Below, piece after piece: positions 11,520 through 22,514 of a stretch of DNA of 64,000 nucleotides (position 1 is the stretch's first letter; every line of letters begins with the position of its first letter). The notes below the pieces were generated by a model. That model searched no databases and had not been told where the DNA came from. It saw only the letters and a program-made list of their open reading frames with translations. Source of the stretch: Oopsacas minuta (lineage: Eukaryota > Animalia > Porifera); contig JAKMXF010000310.1 of assembly GCA_024704765.1 (NCBI GenBank), forward strand, positions 1,282,984 through 1,346,983, read 5' to 3'. A program made the position numbers and the translations under genes.

Positions 11520-12240
11520 CTATTTTACTGCATAATTCAAGAACACGATTATAACTTCTTCCTTTGATATACGACACTGATTGACCAACCAGGATAGGTG
11601 TTCAACCCCGCAATAAGGTCTTTTATAACAGTGAATCTTCCAGGCCATTTCCAAAGAATGGTCAGATAATGAAATTTCTTGGTGTAAAGAAATCTCTCTA
11701 GATAGCCACATCGGATAACACCTGTCGGAATATTTCTGTATGAGCTGCTACACAAATATTCAGACAGCTTTTGTTCGATGGAATACTCCGGGCTCTTAGC
11801 AGTTGAGTGAGACAAAATAATTGGGGATTCCAACGAGTGGTGACTGGAATAAATATCGCAAGCTCTTTATCGTAGTTATCAACTTGCAATAGTCGAAAAG
11901 ATCCACAGGAAGGAATATGATCTCCCAAGTAGTTTAATAGCAGCAGCATTTTCCGTAACCAAAGAAAGTACTTTCTCCTCCCTAATCTCTCCTATCTTCT
12001 CATGAATAAGCTCAGCCATGTATGATCTCATGTGAGCGTGAATGCTTGCGTCAATTCTCCCACTGAAGACAGTGCCAGGACAAATGGCCACAAATGTAAT
12101 AAGACACTTGTCCTTGAAACTCCATCTGTCGAGTTGTCATCAGGCCGACGACCTGTACACACTCTATTTTGCAGTATCCCCGCCATTGGCAAACTGATTC
12201 TTCTTGTTCAGCATTCTATAACCGAATTAATGCTGTTCTG
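11520..12240 (-). pseudogene. highly decayed hAT transposase remnant
   Basis: Fragment SIHAHMRSYMAELIHEKIGEIREEKVLSLVTENAAAIK resembles the hAT H-T-x-EY...VVTDNAANM region. Confidence 0.5.
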
Positions 12241-12282
12241 AGCATTCAATGAAGAAAGTACGTGCATAAAAACCTTGAAGAA

Positions 12283-14277
12283 AACAGTGGGCATTTAGGT
12301 GGAAATAGGAAAATTTCAGTTACCGCTGATCATGAATTCATTATCTCTATATTGAATTCAGCGTTCTGTAAAACCTAAGAAAACAAATTTTCATATTGAT
12401 TCAAATATTTTCTAGGGGTGGTTAAGTTTAGGCCAGCATCAGAATCCGACTTTAGGAATCTAAATCCTGGCGGTATGAAGTATATGAATTGACTTCAATG
12501 AAGCAATACAGGTATAGGTAGTTGAAATTGATTAGATTTCTTTTAGAACATTTAAATTGATATATAGGTTCGTCAAAAAATTGCCTATGACCCTCCCAAC
12601 GAGACTTCATCATGTTTTCGTGGGCTAATTTAATTGATATGGACCGGACAATAATAATTTGTCAAGTCCGTCATCTAATAAGTGGTGGAACATGTCCTAT
12701 TCGTTACGGATTATGTCTTTGCATCAATAATGTATATAATGTATATTTAATAACTAGTGCGCTTTGCTTGCGATGTAGCTGCGCGACTTCTTCGTACTTC
12801 AGGTTAGCTGAAGTATGGAACAGCAAAATCTTTTACTGGTATCGCTACTCGACGGGCATACTCGGCACTTCGTACATCAAATATTTAAAATAGGGAAATT
12901 GTATTACCCATGGTCTATAGATATCACATTTAATGGGTTTAGTAGGTAACACTGGAGCTCTTGCGTGAAATTTGGTTATTCTCTCCATACTCTGTGACTC
13001 GTGTATTAAAAATTCAAGACCTCAAAATTAGGAAATTTAAATTTTAGTACAGTAATGATCAAGTAAAATTACATGATGAATTTGCAATTGTTAAAAGTGA
13101 GACGCCAGTACTTTTGAAATATTATGGGGTACCTGTGATTCAAATCTCACCTATTTATCATTCATTCATATTGGCTGAGCAGTAGCGAATAATGCCATTT
13201 TGGAAAATCCAAGTTGATAGGTTTCGCTAAGTGGCACAGGATTGGAAATTTTCAAACTGATTAATGAGTATTTCATGGAAAATTAGAAACTGTTTATCAT
13301 AATACATAGATTCGAATTTGATACCAGACATCCTCTAATAACAATGCTTTCAGCATCGCCGATCAAAAATAGACCCACTATAGCGATATGGTTATGGACA
13401 TTTTAGTTATGGCCGGCTACTTTTGTCTGGGCAGGCTAGATTATGCAAGTTTGGGCCGCGCAGTACACTTTGCTGATATTGGTATGACGATATATCCTAA
13501 AAATTCAAACACGATGCTATTTATTAAATTTGTTGATCAAATCAAAGGGAAGGTATCTATGAGTAATGAATATATAACTAACTTGTTTAGAATCAGTATA
13601 TGCTTATATACATTTTATCTAATCTCGACATAATCCAACCATATTCTGAAATTCTTCTAAAAATAACGAGGAAAGAAAGTAAAATTTCATCCAACACATA
13701 TACACAGATATAACATATCCATACCTACTGAGTGATTGCTTCGCTTATCCTACACAGTATGTTTAGCATTAGACTCTATTCTGACTTTTTGCTGCATGAA
13801 AGGCTGGAAAATATCTCTGGAAACAAGCTTTCGTTCAAAGTTTCACCACATTGGGAATCATTTAGATCACATGGGTTACAAAAATTCATAATTTACGTAC
13901 CATTAACACCCAATCATCACTATTACAAACCAAAAGCGACAAAGCATCTCCAGTGTGTCACCACATTAGTCCATCCAATGTAATAAGGATGGATCATGGA
14001 TATAAAAATCTGAAAATTTTAACTCTTCTGTGTATCGAGGCGCGTAGTTCCGAATATATTCGGTCGCGTAGGAACCAATTTTAGCTGCTTAATAACACTT
14101 AAGCTAACCCGGAGTACTAAGCTATAATTCAAACAAGGTAAAACTGGATCAAATCTTTCCAAATGTTATTTTGATATTGCAAATCGATTATCAATCATCG
14201 ATATACTATAGAATGAAATTTCATACACATAAATTCAAGATAAACATCTATTTCCACTGCCATTAACGTCCACTGTG
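12283..14277. mobile_element. non-autonomous Transib-like element (1995 bp)
   Basis: Left end AACAGTG-10-TGGAAATAG; right end (minus strand) CACAGTG-14-TGGAAATAG. Exact 5-bp TSD AAGAA (12278-12282, 14278-14282). No transposase ORF. Confidence 0.8.
13915..14130 (+). repeat. ~200-bp module, diverged copy at ~15880-16075
   Basis: Shared blocks AGCGACA(A/T)AGCATCTCCAG, GGATG(G/A)ATCATGGATA and CTTAAGCTAAC in the same order. Confidence 0.7.
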
Positions 14278-14939
14278 AAGAATGGATCTTAAAATCCAAA
14301 GATGATGCTTTGTGGGAATAGGAATCAAGATAAGGGTTCAGGGGATCAGTCTGGCATGTTGAAGTCATTTGTGTCCGAAAAATTCATAGATTCTTGCCTC
14401 TTTCTGAATTTCGCGAGCAAAGGTTTGCTCGCCAATTTCCAAAATTTGTGCCTTAGATGGCCCTGAAAAAGATGTTTACCTTAAGTAAGACAGTGGAACA
14501 TTACAGTAGATGACGCGTTATCTAGGTTGTGATGTCGTTGAAACGTGCTTTTGCAATACTGACAAGTTTCTAATTTCTTAGTACTATTAATATCCACCAT
14601 GAAATATATGTAGTGTTTCACACCAAATTTTTTGAAATGTGAGGTTTAAATTCTAGAGAGTACTGAGTGAACTAATCAGTCAAGGCAATGAGGAATTCCA
14701 GGAATAAAGAACAAAGCAAGAATTATAATTTTTCACAACTAAGAAAATTCTAGGAAATACACACAGGTATAAAGTGCAGGGCGATCGATCTAACTTGAGG
14801 ATTCTAGATATATAGTTGCATGAAATTTGATATCATTTCATTGTTTCTATTGATTTCAGTTACTTTTCACCTTCCAATTTAAAATTAGGCATTTGTTCTA
14901 AAGAAAATTCACCATTGAAATTCGTCATAAACTTTATGT

Positions 14940-15120
14940 ACTGGAATTTATCCTACAGCTGCACTTGCTGAAATATGTTATAATCTCTATGTGATGGAAT
15001 ATGTCCTAAAGCTGTATGTGCTGGAATAAGTCCTAAAACTCCATATCGTGGATTTATCGAAATCTATAGGCACTGGAATTAGTGCCAAAGCTGTATGTAC
15101 TGGATAAAATCCTATAAGTC
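14940..15120 (+). repeat. degenerate ~30-bp tandem repeat
   Basis: Recurring CTGGAAT...TCCTAAAGCTGTATGT units. Confidence 0.55.
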
Positions 15121-16143
15121 TTTGTAATCGAGTTTGTCCCAAATTCAATATTAGGATGGTTGTGGAAGACCTTCCATTTGATTAGTGTCTATCTTTATAT
15201 GACCAGTTCCACAGAGCTCTTAGCCATTCGATGGTTGTTGGTGGGTGGAATTCAACTTCAATTATATGAAATTTTACAGGAAGGATATCAAAACTGACAA
15301 CATTAATATGACAATATCCGTGATAGGACATAACGCGAAATGACATAAAGCTAGATATTAACCACAGGTAACGAAAATGGTTTTGAATTTGAAGATTTAA
15401 ATGATAATAAGCGAGTTACTCTATTAAGCGGTATGATATTAAACGGGCTCCACTGTACAATTATAACACTTACGATAGAAAATACATGTATGAAGACAAG
15501 AGGATGTAAGGTAATAAGAGAACTGAGAAACAGTATTCATCTTGAGATTGAATAAATCAGGGTGAAGAAAAACCAGCATAAAAAAGATCAGGATAGATCT
15601 AAACACACGCCAACCACCATGTTTGGGTGCCCTTGATGATATCACTTCGCTTCTTCGTTCTCATTGCGCAACATGGATTCTATAATAGTGAGTTCGCATA
15701 GAATTTTTCACAGTTGAATCGACCTTACGTCTATAAAATTAAAACGCAATTAATGTATGTGTGTATATAAATGTTTGTACATCTAGAATTGTTTGAAGAA
15801 ACTGGAAAACTGCTGATTTTTGGCAAACAAGGGGTGTTTTGGGTCTGGCATGGACATTTATCCGAGGCACAAAGTGCAGAGATTACTAACCAGAGCGACA
15901 TAGCATCTCCAGAGTAACTACAGAAGGCCATTCAATATAATTTGGATGAATCATGGATAATAAAATCTAAAAACTATTCTGTGAATTAGAAACACGTAGT
16001 GCCAAGTATATTCTGTCGGGCAGCGACCAATAATACCATTACATTCAGTTGTTTAATACTTAAGCTAACGCGTAGCAAACAAGCAAGCGAAACGAGATAG
16101 TGAATAAGATTCGTAAATCTATTTAAGAAATTACTGAAATATA

Positions 16144-18492
16144 CAGTAAACAATGGATTTAGCGACCAATCACTTATAAAGACTCATCTAGCTTTCCCAG
16201 AATCTTGCAGCATTATTCTGTACAAACCATATCTGGGGTATAACGCCTTCTCAGATAACGACACATTGAAGTTAATGACATATTTTTATGCTTGTTCCAT
16301 GTAAATCCCATCGGATATCACTACTTTGGGCGGTCTGTACTATGGACTTCAGAAAAGTGTACTAATTAGTAAATTATTCAGATTTTAATAATTGATTGAA
16401 TTCCAAACCAATTAATATCTCCCGTGAGTGGATCAACAGCGCCTGGCTTCTTACAAAAATGCATATCGAAGCTATTGTACGTACATTGTAATTCTAAAAT
16501 TTCCATCGTCATGGATTTCGAGCGGAGTTGGCAAAGGAAGCGCGTTTCTTTGGCAAAAAATACGAAATTTTGAAGGAGCTTGATGCAGGAGCTAAGCGAC
16601 CATTCTTGGAGCAAAACCATGTTATTTTACATGTGACCCTAAGTGGATTTTTGAAGAATTTGGAGATGATTGAAACTTCCATTGCAAGTGGATTAAATCT
16701 TGATTCGAAGAGACAAAGCTGTATCGATAACATAGGTAGACATTGCACTGCTTGAGTGATTTCGTTGATGGAAGAGCACAGCTTCAGATGAGTCAGTCAC
16801 ACTGGTCCCTTCCGTTTAGAAAAGTCGAAATGAATCGCGGAGAAACTGAAAGTATGAAATGTGCCTTGCTACCTCAACCTGTGCTCCTTGATCTGAACTA
16901 GATAGATCATTAGAGGAAGCGCCATAACAACACTAGCCGTCAAATCTCGGGTAAGAGCCAATCAACAGATCACGCTGGTACTGACAACTGGATATCAACG
17001 CAACTAAAACTTATCAGAGACAAGTTCGAAGACAAGGATATTTTCAATGCTGATGAGACTTGGTTATTCTGGAAGACAACACCAGAGAGAACTTTGTCTT
17101 TCCTAGGAGACTAGTGCAAGGGAGACAAGCGCTCTAAGGAACGCCTCACTCAATTGGAATCAGCTAGTGCGATTGGGGAGAGGTTTCCGCTACTCGTTAT
17201 TGGAAATAGTAAGTGCCCCCACTGTTTCCGAGGCGTTCTGAAACTTCCAGTGGAGTATGATGCCAATCGGAGCGGCATAGATGACAAGTGAGATGGTTGA
17301 GAAATGGCTAAGGAAGGTGAACAATTCCATAACATCTGACGACAGGAAAATCGCCATGATTCTCGGTAACTTCTCAGGTCATCCGAACCTTAACTTGTCC
17401 CATGTCAACCATGTCAAGCTTTTCTTTCTCTCACCCAATACAACTGTATGACTCAGCCCATAGACGCAGGTATCATCAAGAACCTCAAGCACCACTTCCG
17501 CCGGTTTCTTGTTAGGAAGCGTTTATTGGCAGTTGATTCTGAAAGGAGTTCAAGTTTAAATTGCTCAAGGCCTTGGACTGGCTGAAAATATCCTGGGATA
17601 ATGTCACCGATACAACCATAAAGCATTGCTATCAGCATGTTGGGCTTAAGGATTTGCCTGCCACTGAGGAAACCTCAGCACCTGACACGTCAATTTGGAG
17701 CAGTGCTGAAGAAGATGGATGTGTGTCGGATGGCTTAGCATTTGAGGACTATGTTGCTCTAGGTGATGGTGTAGCAATTGGGCCAGGCGTAAATTCAGGC
17801 CGTAGCAACCAAAATCAAAGTGATCAGGTTAACTCAACCAACCTGCTGAGTTGTCAGGTAACTTGACCAACTCGACAGAGTTGTCTGGTTAACTTGGCCA
17901 ACCTGAATAACGGTCAAGTTAACTTGACCAACCAGGCTGATTGGTCAGGTTAACTTAGCCTCTGACTGAGTGGTACTATATTGGGGAAATTAGGTAACCA
18001 AAATGGTCAGGTTGAAACCTGACTAAACTGACCAGTGGCTACGGTCCTGAAATGGTCTCGAAGTTGACGATGTCCTAAATAGTCTGCACCCTCCAAGTCA
18101 TGACGATGTTGGTATCGAAAATGACGACAATGAATATCCCCTCAATATCCATGCTCCGTCATTCCACACTGCTGTCTCATGCCTTGACACCGTTATGAGG
18201 TTCTTGCGCACCCTCCCATGCTCAGAGTTACGGATTCAGTTTGTCAGCGAACACAAAAACCTCTTGGCAGAAAGTCAGCTTAATCGACAGCAGTTGGCCT
18301 CAATAACTAGCCTTTTCAAGTCAAACTAATTATATTCATGGCATTATTATAACCATAATACAACAACATAGTATCGTATAACATGAAAAAATTTGGGGAT
18401 CATCAGGTATATTATGCATATTAAAAGTTTCCTCGGATATAGCGACCTTTTTTGCCTTCCCAAACGAGTGTCGTTAAATTCAATGTTTACTG
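16144..18492 (+). mobile_element. pogo/Tigger-type element, decayed
   Basis: Imperfect ~23-bp TIRs CAGTAAACA(A/T)TG(G/A)ATTTA(G/A)CGAC with TA TSD. N-terminal HTH (KKYEILKELDAGAKR) and DDE_1 fragments (IFNADETWLFW, SKERLT, QPIDAGII). Confidence 0.85.
17796..18049. mobile_element. hAT-type MITE with internal ~30-bp palindromic tandem array, nested in the Tigger
   Basis: Ends CAGGCCGTAGC / GCTACGGTCCTG. About five units with core GGTCA(A/G)GTTAACTTGACC. Related ends at 38380 and 40273. Confidence 0.65.
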
Positions 18493-19620
18493 TATTGGCA
18501 TTATTCTAATAATGGGTCATGATATTAGCATATTTTGGGAATAAAAGGATTGATAACTAAATAAAGAAGTAAATACATATAAGATAGGGGTCCGTTTGCC
18601 AGAGTGATGCTAATTAATGATATCCGCCAGACTATTGTAATGCAATACCTGGCAATAATCTATTAAACGTTTCAACTAAAGTTCATACGTAGTTAAGTTT
18701 GAACTTAGTACTGACTTCTTAGTGAATACAGCGGCTCATGTCAAAGTTATATTAATGAACATACTCACCAAAGATACCTTGTCTAGGTCGATTGATATGG
18801 CCTATCGGTGTCAAAATCGGCTTACTTGAAGAAATGTTTCTGAAGTTTAGAGAATGAGAAGTAGATTGACAAGTCATACTCATCAATTGAACAGTAGAGT
18901 CCATATTTCTGTAAGAAAACATAAAATATATATACAAATACAGTCAAATCAGGTTAATTGAGACATAGGTTAATCGGAAACCGCTTAATTGGGTAAATCT
19001 ATAGGAACGGGATCATTCCATCAAAGGTAACCCAAATTTTGAGTTAATCGAGACAAACTCAGGTTAATAGGTACAAACTCAGCTAGTCGAGTGAAAAAAT
19101 TACGAACTCAATTAAGCTGAAATTCCTCTTGATTCTAGAACTAAATAAGTGTCCAAAACTTTGATAAATAATGATTAAGTTACCAGTAATTGGTATAATC
19201 TTTTTTCTATATACTAACAAATATTATCAATATTGTTCCACAGAAGGCGTCAAACGATCCTCAAATATAAATTTCGTAATTTGGTATGGATTACCACACC
19301 ATACGATAGATAAATTGCTGAAGGAGGCTTTCATTGAAATAATTGAGAAAAACTAGAAATATAGCATCGAAAATTCTCCTGTAAATTGGTAACTCAACTT
19401 AATCGTGGCAAAATGCATCGAACCAATGTGTCCCGATTAACCGAGGACATCATTTCATATATTGCATATATCGCAGAATGCTAAAACTCTTAAAGTTTTG
19501 TATACAATCATTTCAAATTTGCAACACCCCAAGTACTTAACCTCTAACAAACTTTCTCTAAATATGAAAATATCAAAACAAGTATCTTTGCGAAAAATCA
19601 TAAATTTCCCATACATACAT

Positions 19621-20437
19621 GGGAGACGCTGCATTTGTCAGAATGGTTATTTATCGAGTTTTGACTTTATCAGAATGGTTTTACTGTGCTCTGATTTGGG
19701 AGAATCTATTTTGCATTTTGGTTTACTTATTACTTAAATGTCAATCATTACTATATGACTCAAAATAAATAACTATGAGAATAAACGTATTTGGGCATGA
19801 TGTGTTCCCTGTGAGTAGGATAGCTAGTGAATATTTGGAACATACCCTCTATCGTAAATCAGCATATCGGACAAGGTTTATAGAAAAACAATCTTTCATA
19901 TCATCAATAGATAAAGTAGTAAAGTTACAAAAATAGTGGTAGAAAGGACGGAATTTAAACCTAGGACGGGATCATGAAGGGATATTTCTTGGATTAGCTA
20001 TAAATTTGGTTATATGAGTAGTTGATCGGGGATTTGAATACGAACCAAATGGTGATCGAAATTTTCTCTTCTAATAGTTATACCATGGTCTGAAGTGTGA
20101 GATACGGTGTTATAAATTAGGGAGAAGAAGAAGACAGTGTTTAACTGTCATTATTGTTTTGGAACCGACCGTAATTGTGTCTAGATATTTTCACCGATAG
20201 AGAAATTGGGAGTAGGGAGTTTTTCGAAATTTACTCAGTTCCAAATGTGTCTTTTTGTTTCATAGAAATACAATCTTTTCAAAAAAATAAACAACTAAAT
20301 GGTGTCGAAAATACATGCAAAAACACATTCTCCCAAATCGGAGCACAATAAACAACGATAAAAACCATTCTGACAAACTCAGAACTCGAGAACCTGATAA
20401 ATAACAACTTCAATATTCTGCCGAACGCACGCGTCCC
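19621..20437. mobile_element. MULE-related non-autonomous element
   Basis: Long imperfect inverted ends (GGGA..GCTGCATTTGTCAGAATGG...TGTGCTC(T/C)GATTTGGGAGAAT) similar to the TIRs of the 22268-25791 MULE. TSD not evident. Confidence 0.6.
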
Positions 20438-21376
20438 ATTATATCTGAGTTGATTGTCCATGATTTCGTATTATTATTCCTATGAATATATCCATGGTCC
20501 AAAATTTATACTATGAACAATTATGGTTGATAATTCAAAACATCCAGTAAGTACATAGAAAATGCAGAAGTAAATCTCATTTTCTTGAATATTGGTACAA
20601 ATATCTTCTCTGCCAACACATCATTTGAAAATTCAAAAATAAATGAGGTCATTTGAGGATATCATAAAAATTTGACATTGCTTCAAAGATTGGAAATATA
20701 ATTTATAATTATACGACACTGTGTCCCACTTGTGCTGTCCAGAGTTAAGCGGAGTTAAATGGATAATGGACAAAGTCCGAGTGTTGGTGTACGTATATGA
20801 GCAGTATGCATATGGTAATATTTCCGAATGTTCCAGTTGCAGTATTGATTACACTAGAGGGTCGGTGGGAAAGTGTGACTGTTGGCCAGTGCTTACTCGG
20901 TAAACGAGGGTAATTTCCAAAAATATTCAGATCTAAGTCATTAAAATATGCTTGACATGTTCAATGTGATTTTTTGAGTTTAATTGAACTTATGATTTAT
21001 AATTGATTTATTGGAAATCGATCATTTGTAAATATATCAATAAATAATATATTTATTAAATTCCAATTGAAAATGATTGAACTGATTGAAGTGATTGAAT
21101 TTGTGCTGATATTACGAATGAATTTTGATCTAATGGACTTAAATCATCAAAAGATCGTAGAACAAGGTAAATTTATGAAAATGATCTATAGATACCTGTA
21201 TTCAAAAGAGCACTGATGATAAAATTTTATGAATATTTCAAATATACATTGAGAATCGTCAAAACTATGGTGAATCAGATGGCGAATTGATAATACATTT
21301 CTAACATCCCATGCCATTGTATTACATTTTAAATGATATAATTGAAGAATATCGCACAATCTTGAAAATTTGCATA

Positions 21377-21559
21377 CAGTGAAACCTCGTTATTAAGAGC
21401 ATATTCGAAACGAATTTCTTGTTAAGACGAACAGAATATTACACAATGTTAATAAGTACAATGGTTATTCAATTGTTCGTATTCCGGTAAATAAGTACTC
21501 CGGATAAGGAGTGCAAATCTCGACAGTCCCTTGCTGTACGTATTAACGAGGATCTACAG
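21377..21559. mobile_element. pogo-type MITE (degenerate)
   Basis: TA-CAGTGAAACCTCGTT...AACGAGGATCTACAG-TA; related to 54622-54721. Confidence 0.5.
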
Positions 21560-22514
21560 TATAATTGGCATCGTCGCATTGGTACGGGACATCATATATA
21601 AATTTTTACAAGCGTCTGAGAAGTCTGGTACAGTAGATGCGGATATAAGAACACCGGTTAAGAACATACCGGCTATAAGAACCACAACTGGTATTTGCGA
21701 AATATTTGTATTCTATATCACTGGATCACTCCGATTGCAATAACATTCTACACCGGGTATAAGAACAACATACTAGAAAGCGGTTACTCTATCCCCATAT
21801 ATAAATAATGACCGTTATAAGAACAATCTTAGTGTAGTACTAAAATTGGTTCTCATTACCAACATGTTTTAAATTTAGTCATCTATGGTCTCTACCTTAC
21901 TCAACAACGAGCCAAAGTTGTTAAATTTTGATGCCTGTACGTCAGCCAACTCAGCTTAACCGTGGACGGCACAAGAGCATTAGGCTCAAATCACATCATA
22001 GTAAAAATTTTCGAGTCAAATCAAGAGTTAAAATTCTTATTTGATTTCCGACATTCGACCTTAAATCTTTTCATTTATACATAGGGCGATATGAAATATC
22101 CCAAAGGGTGTATAATCAATGACCTTAGAAAATAAAATAGATCTAGTGTAAACTGTCTGAATAACAATGTTCTTGTATCAAGTCGCCTATATCTGTTTAT
22201 TATAAATATCCGCGTGTGAATGAAAATTGATATATATGAAGTCTCGTTAGTGATCGAGTGTTCACTAGGCCAGGCTGCATTTGTCAGAATAATTGAAGTT
22301 GGGATTCGTCAGAATGGAGTTTTGCATAACTATCATTTATCAGAATGGACTTTTGCAAAATTGGCACTTGTCAGAATGGACTTTTGCAAAATTGTCATTT
22401 GTCAGAAATATCACGTTTCAGAAATTAGACTTTTCTTTGTGTCACTTTGAAGTTTGAAATATATGATGCTAAATTGTATATTAGAGGTTTTAATGTTAGT
22501 ATAATGAATGAATA

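Noticed and set aside
15785-15915. Nudix-box-like exon ELFEETG
   Set aside because: Only the tail of the motif is present, the frame hits a stop, no upstream exon was found, and it overlaps a repeated module.
17820-17975. CRISPR-like array of palindromic ~30-bp units
   Set aside because: Units are contiguous degenerate tandem repeats without unique spacers, lie inside a eukaryotic MITE, and there are no cas genes.
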